From: Alphaproteobacteria bacterium
GTDB taxonomy: Bacteria > Pseudomonadota > Alphaproteobacteria > Bin95
Assembly (NCBI GenBank): GCA_965200785.1
Contig: CBDAVA010000003.1
Span: 2,086,205-2,150,204, forward strand
DNA length: 64,000 nt
Direction: 5' to 3'
Part shown: positions 18,236-27,665 of the stretch, one piece after another
How the letters are laid out: each line of letters begins with the position of its first letter
Numbering within the stretch: the stretch's first letter is position 1
Position numbers and translations under genes: made by a program
Notes under the pieces: generated by a model
The model's input: the letters and a program-made list of their open reading frames with translations, nothing else
The model's database searches: none
Told to the model about the DNA's origin: nothing

Positions 18236-18540
18236 TCGTGTCTCCGTTTGACATTCGCGTTCCTCCGGCAGATTGAGCCAGGGGCCTGAAAGGCCCAGCC
18301 CGCCGCCCCGAACGCCCCGGCGCCGCTTCGGCCTGCCCTACTGTCGCCCTGCCCCTGTTGTCGCCTCGGCCCCCTACTGTCGCCCCGGCCTTGAGCCGGG
18401 GCCCAGCCTCCGATCCATCCGCAGGGCCGAAACGGCGGAGGATGGACCTCGGCTCTCCGCTGCGCTCCGGCCGGGGTGACAAGAAAGGGCACACGCGCCG
18501 GCCGGGGCGGCAACAGGGGAGGCCGGGGCGGCGCCGGGGG
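18236..18540 (-). repeat. Dispersed GC-rich repeat element (locus B, inverted relative to locus A), immediately 5' of tRNA-Arg.
   Basis: Contains the reverse complement of the locus-A terminal motif (…TCTCCGTTTGACATTCGCGTTCCTCCGGCAGA…) and of the GCCCCGGCCTTGAGCCGGGGCCCAG core. Confidence 0.65.
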
Positions 18541-18586
18541 GAGCGGTTGACAGCGGGGCAGGCGTATCTATGGTCGGGTTCTGCAA

Positions 18587-18663
18587 GCGCCCGTAGCTCA
18601 GTCGGATAGAGCGTCTGCCTCCGGAGCAGAAGGTCGCACGTTCGAGTCGTGCCGGGCGCGCCA
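18587..18663 (+). tRNA. tRNA-Arg (anticodon CCG).
   Basis: A manually folded cloverleaf with acceptor GCGCCCG/CGGGCGC, anticodon loop CUCCGGA, T-arm GCACG-TTCGAGT-CGTGC and an encoded CCA. Confidence 0.9.
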
Positions 18664-18683
18664 GAATTTCCAGCGAGCTCGCC

Positions 18684-20093
18684 ATGTCCGGGTCGTTCAT
18701 GCCAGCGATGAAGCGGCGCGCATTTCTGGCGTCGGCGGCGGCTGGCGCGGCATTGGCGCCTTTCCCCCGCGCGGCAGCGGGGGCTGACATATATTTGAAG
18801 GCGGCCCCGGCCGCCGTCCGGCTTGTGCCGGATCCTTATGCCGAAACGGCGGTCTGGTGCTATGACGGCCGCGTGCCGGGTCCTGAAATCCGCCTCCGGC
18901 AGGGCGGCAGGCTGCGGGTTGTCCTTGCGAACGGCCTGGATGAAGACACCACCATCCACTGGCACGGGCTGCGGCTGCCGAACGCCATGGACGGCGTGCC
19001 CCTGTTGACGCAGCCGCCGGTCCGCCCCGGTGAAACCTTCACCTATGCGTTCGATGTCCCGGACGCCGGCACCTTCTGGTACCACCCGCATGTCAACAGC
19101 ATCGAGCAGGTCGCCCGCGGCCTCTACGGCGTCCTGGTTGTAGAGGAACAGGACGCGGCGGTTCGGGTGGACCGCGACGAGACCTGGGTGCTGGATGACT
19201 GGCGGCTGACCCCGGAGGCCGGCCTTTCGGGCGGCTTCGACAATCCGCATGACCTGAGCCATGCCGGGCGCCTCGGCAACACGGCCACTCTCAACGGAAA
19301 GATCCCGGAGGATTTCGCCGTCCGCCGGGGCGAGCGCATCCGCCTGCGCCTTGTCAATGCCGCGAATGCGCGGATATTCGCCCTGGAGTTCCGGGACCAC
19401 CATCCGAAGGTCATTGCGCTGGACGGCCAGCCTGTGGCGCCCCATGCGCCGGACGGGGGCCGGGTCGTCCTTGCGCCGGGTATGCGCACCGACGTCATTC
19501 TCGACGCGACGGGGGAGCCCGGCGGCAAAACCCCCGTCGTCGACAGCTTCCACCGCGGTCGGGAATACCGCTTGGTCGATCTCTCCTATGACGCGCAGCC
19601 GCTGCGTGCGGCGCCCCCGGAATGGCCCATTGCCCTGCCGCCCAACCCGCTGCCGGAGCCTGACGCCGAAGGCGCGCGCCGCCATGAGATTATCTTCAAC
19701 GGCGGGGCGATGGGCGGCGCGGTCATGGCCGAGATGGGCGGCAGAATGGGGCCGGTGGACGCCCGCTCATTTTGGTTTCTGAACGGCGCGGCGGCCGCCG
19801 GAGGCACTCCGGAGCCGATGCTGACTCTCCGGCGCGGCGAAAGCTGCGTCCTCGCCATGACGAACGCCACCGCCTGGCACCACCCGATGCACCTGCACGG
19901 CCACGCTTTCCGGGTTCTCTCCCGCAATGGCCGTCCGACGATGCGGCGCGAATGGCGCGACACGGTGCTGCTGGCTCCGCGCGAGCAGGTGGACATCGCC
20001 TTCGTTGCCGACAATCCCGGCGACTGGCTGTTTCATTGCCATGTCCTCGGGCATCACGCGAGCGGCATGACGAGCATAATCCGCGTGCTGTGA
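18684..20093 (+). CDS. Multicopper oxidase with a Tat signal.
   Basis: Has an RRAFLASAAA twin-arginine signal and the copper-binding motifs HWHG, HPH, HPMHLHGH and HCHVLGH. Confidence 0.85.
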   Translation: MSGSFMPAMKRRAFLASAAAGAALAPFPRAAAGADIYLKAAPAAVRLVPDPYAETAVWCYDGRVPGPEIRLRQGGRLRVVLANGLDEDTTIHWHGLRLPNAMDGVPLLTQPPVRPGETFTYAFDVPDAGTFWYHPHVNSIEQVARGLYGVLVVEEQDAAVRVDRDETWVLDDWRLTPEAGLSGGFDNPHDLSHAGRLGNTATLNGKIPEDFAVRRGERIRLRLVNAANARIFALEFRDHHPKVIALDGQPVAPHAPDGGRVVLAPGMRTDVILDATGEPGGKTPVVDSFHRGREYRLVDLSYDAQPLRAAPPEWPIALPPNPLPEPDAEGARRHEIIFNGGAMGGAVMAEMGGRMGPVDARSFWFLNGAAAAGGTPEPMLTLRRGESCVLAMTNATAWHHPMHLHGHAFRVLSRNGRPTMRREWRDTVLLAPREQVDIAFVADNPGDWLFHCHVLGHHASGMTSIIRVL

Positions 20094-20137
20094 GGCCGGG
20101 CAGGGCGGTGCGCCCGAACCCGGCAGGGAGGAAACAG

Positions 20138-20983
20138 ATGATCGAAGCGCGCCCTGTCGATGTCGAAGCCTTCAAGCGCGACGGCTTTGGCGGCCCCTTC
20201 CTTGCGATGAGCGCGGAAGAGGCAGGGGGGTACCGCCGGAAATTCGAAGCCTTCGAGGCTGATCTCGGCCAGCGCATCACCGAGGGCGACCCCGCCAACC
20301 GCTACAAGACGCATCTGCTGCTGCCTTTCGCCGCCGATCTGGTGCGCCACCCGCGCATACTGGACGCGGTGGAAGCGCTTGTCGGCCCCGACATCCTGTG
20401 CTGGACCAGCACCTGGTTCGTCAAGGATGCCAAGACCGACGCGCAAACCATCTGGCACCAGGATGCAGCCTATTTCGGCCTGCGCCCCCACCTGCATGTC
20501 ACCGCGTGGCTTGCGCTCAGCGAGGCGTCGGAGGAAGCGGGCTGCATGCGTTTCGTCCCCGGCGCCGGCAATGGCGGGCTGCTGCGCCATATCGCGAATG
20601 CGGCGCCCAACAGCATCAACAGCGCCGGCCAGCGCACCGCTGCCGATTTCCAAACGGAAGACGCCGTGCCGGTGCCGCTGTCGCCCGGTGAGTTTTCGAT
20701 TCATCACACGCTGGCGGTCCATGCCTCCGGCCCGAACCGGGCCGCAGACCGGCGCATCGGCATCGGTATTTCCTATATCCCGGCAAGCGTGCGCCATATC
20801 GGCAGCATGAAAGTGCCGGCGACCCTGGTCCGGGGTGAGGACCGCTACGGCCATTTCGACCTCGAACCGCATCCCGACGGCGGCTCTCGCGGCCAGGAGG
20901 CCTATCGCCGGCACCGCGCCAGCTATAGCGCCAGCTATGCCGAGCAGGTCGAATGGCACGCGGCGGGGCGCTGGGAGCAGTGA
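20138..20983 (+). CDS. Phytanoyl-CoA dioxygenase (PhyH) family Fe(II)/2-oxoglutarate oxygenase.
   Basis: PhyH-like length with an HxD…H triad (WHQDAAY…). The ATG at 20138 is preceded by GGGAGGAAA within the larger ORF 19772-20983. Confidence 0.8.
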   Translation: MIEARPVDVEAFKRDGFGGPFLAMSAEEAGGYRRKFEAFEADLGQRITEGDPANRYKTHLLLPFAADLVRHPRILDAVEALVGPDILCWTSTWFVKDAKTDAQTIWHQDAAYFGLRPHLHVTAWLALSEASEEAGCMRFVPGAGNGGLLRHIANAAPNSINSAGQRTAADFQTEDAVPVPLSPGEFSIHHTLAVHASGPNRAADRRIGIGISYIPASVRHIGSMKVPATLVRGEDRYGHFDLEPHPDGGSRGQEAYRRHRASYSASYAEQVEWHAAGRWEQ

Positions 20984-21717
20984 AACGGCTGGCGGGAAAG
21001 GTTGCGGTCGTCACTGGCGCTGCCGGCGGCATCGGCCACGCTGTCGCATGCACTTTCCTCAGCGAGGGGGCAGAGGTGATCGCCGCCGACAGCGCGGCCG
21101 ATATAGACAAACGCGCGCCGGCCGGATCCGTCGCCCTGCGCTGCGACGTCTCCCAAGCCGCGGACGCCGAAGCAGCCGCCCGGCTGGCGCAAGAACGGTT
21201 CGGCGGGCTGCATATCCTTGTCAACAATGCTGCGCTGTTCGTGCCTTACGGCACAGTTGTTGATATCGAGGAGGAACACTGGACCCGGTCGCTGGCGGTC
21301 AATCTCACCGGCCCCTTCCTGATGAGCAAATATGCGATACCGCCAATGGCGGCGAGCGGCGGCGGCAGCATCATTCATGTCGCGTCGCAATTGGGGCAGG
21401 TCGGCAAACCCGGCCACAGTTGGTACGGCGCGGCCAAGGCGGCCCTGATCCAGTTGGCGAAAGTCATGGCGATCGACCATGCGGCGCAGGGCATCCGCGT
21501 GAACAGCCTTTCGCCCGGCCCCATCGGCACGCCGCGCGTCCATGCCAAGCATGGCGGACGGGAAGCCGCCGAGCGGGAAAACGGGGCGCTCACGGTTCTC
21601 AACCGTATGGGCAGGCCGGAGGAGATTGCCCGGGCTGCGGTGTTCCTGGCCAGCGACGAGGCCAGCTACATGACCGGCGCCGACCTTCTGGTCGACGGCG
21701 GCTACAACGCATGGTGA
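20980..21717 (+). CDS. SDR-family oxidoreductase.
   Basis: GKVAVVTGAAGGIG, NNAA and YGAAK motifs are present. The GTG start overlaps the upstream TGA (GTGA). Confidence 0.85.
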   Translation: MKRLAGKVAVVTGAAGGIGHAVACTFLSEGAEVIAADSAADIDKRAPAGSVALRCDVSQAADAEAAARLAQERFGGLHILVNNAALFVPYGTVVDIEEEHWTRSLAVNLTGPFLMSKYAIPPMAASGGGSIIHVASQLGQVGKPGHSWYGAAKAALIQLAKVMAIDHAAQGIRVNSLSPGPIGTPRVHAKHGGREAAERENGALTVLNRMGRPEEIARAAVFLASDEASYMTGADLLVDGGYNAW

Positions 21718-21726
21718 GGCCGCTCG

Positions 21727-23364
21727 TCAACCTCGCGCAGTCGGCAAGATATAGTCCTTGAAGTCCTCCCGCAGCCTGGTTTTCAGGATCTTCCCGGTTG
21801 CCGTATGAGGAAGTTCGTCCACGAAGACGACATCGTCCGGCTTCCACCATCGGGCGATCCTGCCGTCGAAATAGTCGAGCAGCTCGTCCTTCCCGACTTC
21901 GGCGCCGCCTTCCTTGACAACAATCAACAGCGGCCGCTCGTCCCAATGCGGATGCGCGACGGAGATGACAGCCGCCTCGGCCACTTTCGGATGGCCGACC
22001 GCGATATTTTCCAGGTCGATGGAACTGATCCATTCGCCGCCGGACTTGATGACATCCTTGGTCCGGTCTGTGATGCGCATATATCCGTCCCCGTCGAGAG
22101 TGGCGACATCTCCCGTCGAGAACCAGCCGTCATCGGTATGCGCGTCCGACCGGTCCTGCTTGTGATAGGCGTTCGCGATCCAATATCCCCGCACCTGCAG
22201 GTCGCCGAATGCAACGCCGTCGCGCGGCAATTCCCGGCCGTCATCGCCGACAATGCGCATGTCCACGCCGTAAATCGGCCGGCCCTGTTTCTCGGCCAGG
22301 TCGAACCGGGCATCCTCGCTCAGCGCCATATGCTTGGCGAGCGGCGTGTTGACGGTGCCGAGCGGAGACATCTCGGTCATGCCCCAGGCATGGCGGACCG
22401 TCGCGCCGTAGTCCCGCTGAAACGTCTCCATCATCGAGCGGGGACAGGCGGAGCCGCCGATCACCACATTGGTCAGCGGGCGGATATTCTTGCCGGACCG
22501 TTTGAGATAGTCGAGCAGCATCAGCCAGATGGTCGGCACGGCGGCCGTCATCGTCACGCCTTCGCCGGTAATCAGAGACTGGACGTTTTCGCCGTCGAGA
22601 TGCGGCCCCGGCAGCACCAGCTTCGCACCGGCCATGGTGGCCGCATAGGGGATGCCCCAGGCGTTGGCGTGGAACATCGGCACGACAGGCATAACGGCGT
22701 CGCGCGCCGAGATATTCATGCAGTCCGGCCCGATGGATGCATAGCTGTGCAGAATGTTGCCGCGATGGCTGTAGAGCACGCCTTTCGGGTTTCCGGTCGT
22801 GCCGGACGTATAGCAGAGCGACGAAGCCGTCCGTTCGTCGAAGACCGGCCAGTCGAACACCGGATCCTGGGCGGCGACCAGCGTGTCATAGGCGACAAGA
22901 TCGAAATGCGCGCTTCCCGGCAGGCTCGCTTCGTCGCAGAGCACGACGACCGTCCGGACGGTGCCGGCGACTTCGGCGGCGAAGCTGTCCAGCAGCGGGA
23001 CGAAACCGGCCTCGACGAACAGCACGCGGTCATTCGCATGATTGACGATATAGGCAAGCTGGTCGAGATACAGGCGCGGATTGATGGTATGGCAAATGGC
23101 GCCGATACCGGACACTGCATAGTAGATCTCGAAGTGACGCCTTGTATTCCACGCCAGCGTGCCGACAGTGTCGCCGAAGCCGACGCCGAGCTCGCCCAGC
23201 GCATTGGCCAGCCGCTTGGCTTCGGCCTGGGCCTCGGCATAGCTGTAGCGGTGCAGGCCGCCCTCGACATTATGCGTCACGATCTCCGACCCGCCGTGAT
23301 ATTCGGCGGCGAAATCAATCAGGGACGAGATCAGCATCGGCCGGTCCATGATCAATCCGAGCAT
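21727..23364 (-). CDS. AMP-dependent acyl-CoA synthetase/ligase.
   Basis: Has the adenylate-forming motifs ([18 protein letters not shown]…, terminal K). The ATG at 23364 is preceded by GGAAGGA. The remainder of ORF 21727-23745 is a spurious 5' extension. Confidence 0.85.
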   Translation of the reverse strand: MLGLIMDRPMLISSLIDFAAEYHGGSEIVTHNVEGGLHRYSYAEAQAEAKRLANALGELGVGFGDTVGTLAWNTRRHFEIYYAVSGIGAICHTINPRLYLDQLAYIVNHANDRVLFVEAGFVPLLDSFAAEVAGTVRTVVVLCDEASLPGSAHFDLVAYDTLVAAQDPVFDWPVFDERTASSLCYTSGTTGNPKGVLYSHRGNILHSYASIGPDCMNISARDAVMPVVPMFHANAWGIPYAATMAGAKLVLPGPHLDGENVQSLITGEGVTMTAAVPTIWLMLLDYLKRSGKNIRPLTNVVIGGSACPRSMMETFQRDYGATVRHAWGMTEMSPLGTVNTPLAKHMALSEDARFDLAEKQGRPIYGVDMRIVGDDGRELPRDGVAFGDLQVRGYWIANAYHKQDRSDAHTDDGWFSTGDVATLDGDGYMRITDRTKDVIKSGGEWISSIDLENIAVGHPKVAEAAVISVAHPHWDERPLLIVVKEGGAEVGKDELLDYFDGRIARWWKPDDVVFVDELPHTATGKILKTRLREDFKDYILPTARG

Positions 23365-23437
23365 CGGTGTTATTCCTTCCGAAGATGCGTATCGCCGGCC
23401 TTTATAGCGGGGCGCGGCGGCGAACGGGAGCAGTGCG

Positions 23438-24403
23438 ATGCCTCTACTTGAGGTCGAGAATCTTCGGGTCGAGTTTCCGACGCGGCGGGGCGTTCTGGTC
23501 GCCGTGGACGATATCTCCTTCACCATCGAGGAGGGCGAGGTGCTGGGCGTGGTCGGCGAGTCGGGCGCCGGCAAGTCGCTTACCGGCATGTCGATCATCG
23601 GCCTTCTGGAGCCGCCCGGATGGATTGCGGGCGGACGCATCAGCCTCGCCGGCGAGCGCATCGACAACCTTCCGCAGGAAGCCATGCGGCAGGTGCGCGG
23701 CAAGCAGATCGGCGCGGTATTCCAGGATCCGCTGACCAGCCTCAACCCGCTCTACACCATTGGCCGCCAGCTGACGGAGACGATCTCGACGCATCTTGAT
23801 CTCGGCGACCGGGCGGCACGCGACCGGGCGCTCGAGCTTCTGTCCGAGGTGGGAATCCCGGCGCCCGCGCGCCGTATCGACAGCTATCCGCATGAGTTCT
23901 CGGGCGGGATGCGCCAGCGCGTGGTGATTGCGCTGGCGCTCGCGGCCAATCCGCGCCTGGTCATCGCCGATGAGCCGACAACCGCCCTCGATGTGTCGAT
24001 CCAGGCGCAGATTATCGCGCTCCTCAAGCGCCTTTGCCGCGAGCACGGCACGGCGGTGATGCTGGTGACGCACGATATGGGCGTCATTGCAGAGACCGCC
24101 GACCGGGTGGCGGTGATGTATGCCGGGCGCATCGCCGAGATCGGGCCGGTGCGCGAGGTCATCCAGGCCGCGCACCATCCCTATACAGAGGGCCTGATGG
24201 GCTCGATCCCGAGCATGGCGGAGCGCCGGGACCGGCTGGTTCAGATCGAAGGCGCCATGCCCCGCCTGACCGAAATTCCCGCCGGCTGCGCCTTCGGGCC
24301 ACGCTGTCCGAAGGTCTTTGCCCGCTGCCGTTCCGAGCGCCCCGAGCTGGTTGCCACCGGCGGGCCGAACCGCGCTGCATGTTGGCTTTACGATAGCGGG
24401 TAA
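23438..24403 (+). CDS. ABC transporter ATP-binding protein (DppD/OppD type).
   Basis: Walker A GESGAGKS, the LSGGMRQR signature, Walker B, and an oligopeptide-type C-terminal extension. Confidence 0.85.
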   Translation: MPLLEVENLRVEFPTRRGVLVAVDDISFTIEEGEVLGVVGESGAGKSLTGMSIIGLLEPPGWIAGGRISLAGERIDNLPQEAMRQVRGKQIGAVFQDPLTSLNPLYTIGRQLTETISTHLDLGDRAARDRALELLSEVGIPAPARRIDSYPHEFSGGMRQRVVIALALAANPRLVIADEPTTALDVSIQAQIIALLKRLCREHGTAVMLVTHDMGVIAETADRVAVMYAGRIAEIGPVREVIQAAHHPYTEGLMGSIPSMAERRDRLVQIEGAMPRLTEIPAGCAFGPRCPKVFARCRSERPELVATGGPNRAACWLYDSG

Positions 24404-24449
24404 GGGGGCTTAGGCTGCCCCTCGCAAACAATCCCGAAAGGCATGCAGG

Positions 24450-26024
24450 ATGCGAACCCGACTTGCAGCGGCGACGGTTGCCGCAACCATGGCAATAGCA
24501 GCCCCGGCCGGGGCAAAGACCTTCACCTGGTCGTTCCAGGGAGACGCGCAGGCGCTCGATCCCTATGTGCTCAACGAGACCTTCACCCTTGGGCTGCTCG
24601 GCAATGTCTATGAAGGGCTGATCCGCCGGGGCCCGGACCTCGAAATTCAGCCGGCGCTCGCGGAACGATGGGAGATTCTGGAGCCGAACCGGTGGCGCTT
24701 CCATCTCAGGCAGGGCGTCGTCTTCCACAACGGCAACAGCTTCAACGCGGACGATGTCGTCTTTTCGGCGGACCGGGTGCGGGCGGAAGGATCGGACCTC
24801 ACCACCCGCATCGCCAAGAGCGTCAAGGTCGAGAAGGTTGACGACTACACCGTCGATTTCGTCACCGACGGCCCCAACCCCATCCTGCATTCGGAATGGG
24901 CGACCTGGTACATCATGGACAAGGAATGGACGGAGGCGAACAACGCCGTCTCGCCGTCGTCCGTGACCGAGGGCACAGCCAATTTTGCGGCCTTCAACAC
25001 CAATGGCACCGGGCCGTTCAAGGTCGTCAAGCGCGAGACCGACGTCGAGACCGTGCTGGAACCGCATGAGGGCTGGTGGGATACCGCCAAGCACAATCTC
25101 ACCCAGATCGTGTTCAAGCCGATCGGCTCCGATTCAACCCGCGTGGCCGCCTTGCTTACCGGCGAGATCGACATGGCCTATCCGGTGCCGGTGCAGGACA
25201 TTGAGCGGGTGGACAGCAATGCGGGCACGTCGGTGCTGATCGGCCCGGAACTGCGCACGATCTTCCTCGGCCTCGATATCCTGCGGGACGAGCTGACCTA
25301 CTCAAGCGTCAAGGGCGCCAATCCGTTCAAGGACGTCCGCGTGCGGCAGGCCTTCTATCACGCCATCAATATCGACGCGATCCGCAAGAAGGTGATGCGC
25401 CGGCTGTCCGACCCCTCGGCGCTCATGATTTCGCCGAAACTGTTTCCCCACGCCCCGCATATCGAACGCCTCGCCTATGACCCCGACAAGGCAAAAGCGC
25501 TGCTGGCGGAAGCCGGTTACGCGGAAGGCTTCGAGGTCGGCATGAACTGCCCCAACAACCGCTATGTCAATGACGAGCAGATCTGCATTGCGGTCACCTC
25601 CATGCTGGCGAAGGTCGGCATCACGGTGAACCTTGTGGCGGAACCCAAGGCGCTCTTCTTCAAGAAGATCCTGGGGCCGAACTACGATACCAGCTTCTTC
25701 CTGCTCGGCTGGACGCCGGGTTCGTTCGACAGCTGGAACGTGCTCTACAACCTGCTCAACTGCCGCGAGGACAGCGGCCGCGGCAAATTCAATGTCGGCG
25801 GCTACTGCAACAAGGACGTGGACGCCCTGACCGACAAGATCAAGGTCTCCACCGACGAAGCCGAACGCAATGCCATGATTGCCCAGGCTTACGAGATCGC
25901 GACGTCGGAGGCCGCGACCATTCCGCTGCACCAGCAGGGGCTGGCCTGGGGCAAGAGCGACTCCGTCGATCTGGTCCAGCGGGCCGACAACCAGTTCATG
26001 CTCTACTACGTGGTCAAGAACTGA
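24450..26024 (+). CDS. ABC transporter substrate-binding protein, family 5 (peptide/nickel/opine type).
   Basis: Signal peptide and 524 aa. The conserved SBP_bac_5 N-terminal region FTWSFQGDAQALDPY…LNETF…GNVYEGL is present. Confidence 0.85.
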   Translation: MRTRLAAATVAATMAIAAPAGAKTFTWSFQGDAQALDPYVLNETFTLGLLGNVYEGLIRRGPDLEIQPALAERWEILEPNRWRFHLRQGVVFHNGNSFNADDVVFSADRVRAEGSDLTTRIAKSVKVEKVDDYTVDFVTDGPNPILHSEWATWYIMDKEWTEANNAVSPSSVTEGTANFAAFNTNGTGPFKVVKRETDVETVLEPHEGWWDTAKHNLTQIVFKPIGSDSTRVAALLTGEIDMAYPVPVQDIERVDSNAGTSVLIGPELRTIFLGLDILRDELTYSSVKGANPFKDVRVRQAFYHAINIDAIRKKVMRRLSDPSALMISPKLFPHAPHIERLAYDPDKAKALLAEAGYAEGFEVGMNCPNNRYVNDEQICIAVTSMLAKVGITVNLVAEPKALFFKKILGPNYDTSFFLLGWTPGSFDSWNVLYNLLNCREDSGRGKFNVGGYCNKDVDALTDKIKVSTDEAERNAMIAQAYEIATSEAATIPLHQQGLAWGKSDSVDLVQRADNQFMLYYVVKN

Positions 26025-26106
26025 CCGGCGGCGGGGAAGGGAAGGGCGGTCCGGCCCCCTTCGGGGGGCTTGCCGCCGGCCCTTCCCGCGCCCACTTGAC
26101 CGCGCC

Positions 26107-26532
26107 ATGACGGACGCGCTCTTCAAGCTCTATACACGCGATATCCTGCGCCTCGCCGGGGCCATTTCCCGGGTGGGGCGCCTGGAACACGCGGACGGCG
26201 CCGCGACCCGCACCAGCCGGGTCTGCGGCAGCTCCATGACCGTCGAGGTCGCCCTGGAGGGCGGCCGTATCGCGGACTATGCGCAACAGGTCCGGGCCTG
26301 CGCCTTTGGCCAGGCGTCGGCGGCCTTGTTTGCGGAAGCAGCGCTCGGCCGGACGGCCGAGGAAATCGAGACAGGCCGCAGCCAGATCGCCGCCTTCCTC
26401 GGCGGCGGCGCGCCCCCTTCCGGCGTGTGGAGCGCATTTGCGCGTCTGGAGCCGGTGCGTGCGGTCACGGCCCGCCACGGGGCCGTGCTGTTGCCTTTCG
26501 AGACGACCCTGGCGGCGCTTCAGGCGGCGTAG
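26107..26532 (+). CDS. NifU/IscU N-terminal-domain-like (SufU-like) protein.
   Basis: A 141-aa protein with Cys positions (SRVCGSS…, ACAFGQASAAL) resembling the Fe-S scaffold N-domain. The ATG at 26107 lies within ORF 25879-26532. Confidence 0.55.
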   Translation: MTDALFKLYTRDILRLAGAISRVGRLEHADGAATRTSRVCGSSMTVEVALEGGRIADYAQQVRACAFGQASAALFAEAALGRTAEEIETGRSQIAAFLGGGAPPSGVWSAFARLEPVRAVTARHGAVLLPFETTLAALQAA

Positions 26533-27665
26533 CGGTTCGCCGTCGTTTCAAAATGGGCCACGGCCGGCTCGTTGCGGCCGATCGTGACATGCGCATTGAC
26601 CCCGGCGGCGAAGCCGGCCTGGATCGTCTCCCCGGTTGGGAAGTCCTCTTCAATGACCGTGCGAACCGCCAGATCGACATTCTTGTCCCAGTGGATGCGC
26701 GCCTTTTCGCTCTGCGCCGGCTCCGGGATATAGAAATCGAACAGGACGGTGCACTCCCCCGGATTCCCGCCATGCCTCGGGAAGCACCGCCAGACCTCCA
26801 TATGGTCTCTCTGGACGATGAATGCGGTATTCGGGAAGAAGATATAGATGACCGCGGAATGATCCACGAGATCCCAGTCTTCCGGCGCTTTCTCCCGCAT
26901 CGCATGAAGGGCGTGCCGCGGCAATATCTCGCGCAAATGCGGCCCGAAGCCGTCATAGAGGCAGACATTGGCGATGAAGATCGGACCCACGGTGTTCTTG
27001 TGCAGAAACGGGAAGTGGTAGGGCTCGAGGAAGGTATCGACGGCGATCTTCCAGTTCATGGCAAGGTCGAAGCGCTGCCGGGAGTAGGGCGTCCAGCCCG
27101 CCAGGCCGTAAGGAGCGAACTCGGGCCCCATGCCCTCAAGCAGGGTATCGACATCGAAATCGCTTCCCGGTGTCGCCTGCGCGAAAATCATGCCGTGTTT
27201 CTCGGCTACCGGCAGCGCCGCAAGGCGGTGGTCGGCGCGTGAAACGCCGGGGAAATTACGTTCATCCGGCAGGCCGATCAGGCGTCCGTCCAGATCATAG
27301 GTCCAGCCGTGATACGGGCAGGAGAAGGAGAAGGCGCCGCAGCCCCGGTCTTGCGCAAGTCTTGCGCCCCGATGGCGGCAGACATTGGCGAAGGCCCGGA
27401 GCCGGCGGTCGCGCCCGCGAACGATCAAGATCGGCACGCCCGCTTCGTCGCTGGTGATCCAGTCGCCGGGGTTCGGCAGCAGGCCGGAAAGACCGATGAA
27501 CAGCGGGAGGCTCCGGAACAGCCCCCGGCTTTCCCGGGCGGCGCGTTCCGGGCAGGTATAGGCAGCGACCGGCTGCCGGACGACATCAGGCCAGACATCC
27601 GTCGTCCCCGCGTCGAGATGGGCGAACAGCCGGCGGGAGAGTTCCTGTTGAAGATCAGCCTGCAT
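26520..27665 (-). CDS. Rieske non-heme iron oxygenase alpha subunit (GbcA/CntA-like aromatic-ring-hydroxylating family).
   Basis: Has the Rieske motif CRHRG…(x17)…CPYHGW and the downstream mononuclear-iron His/Asp. The ATG at 27665 is preceded by GGGAGGAAAGAG. Confidence 0.8.
   Translation of the reverse strand: MQADLQQELSRRLFAHLDAGTTDVWPDVVRQPVAAYTCPERAARESRGLFRSLPLFIGLSGLLPNPGDWITSDEAGVPILIVRGRDRRLRAFANVCRHRGARLAQDRGCGAFSFSCPYHGWTYDLDGRLIGLPDERNFPGVSRADHRLAALPVAEKHGMIFAQATPGSDFDVDTLLEGMGPEFAPYGLAGWTPYSRQRFDLAMNWKIAVDTFLEPYHFPFLHKNTVGPIFIANVCLYDGFGPHLREILPRHALHAMREKAPEDWDLVDHSAVIYIFFPNTAFIVQRDHMEVWRCFPRHGGNPGECTVLFDFYIPEPAQSEKARIHWDKNVDLAVRTVIEEDFPTGETIQAGFAAGVNAHVTIGRNEPAVAHFETTANRYAA

Noticed and set aside
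18165-19685. A 506-aa minus-strand ORF covering the repeat, tRNA-Arg and the 5' half of the multicopper oxidase gene.
   Set aside because: It crosses a tRNA gene and a repeat element, has low-complexity composition, and lies antisense to a well-supported multicopper oxidase gene.
21805-23451. A 548-aa plus-strand ORF antisense to the acyl-CoA synthetase gene.
   Set aside because: It lies opposite a gene with a full set of adenylate-forming motifs. Its composition is low-complexity with no recognisable domain.
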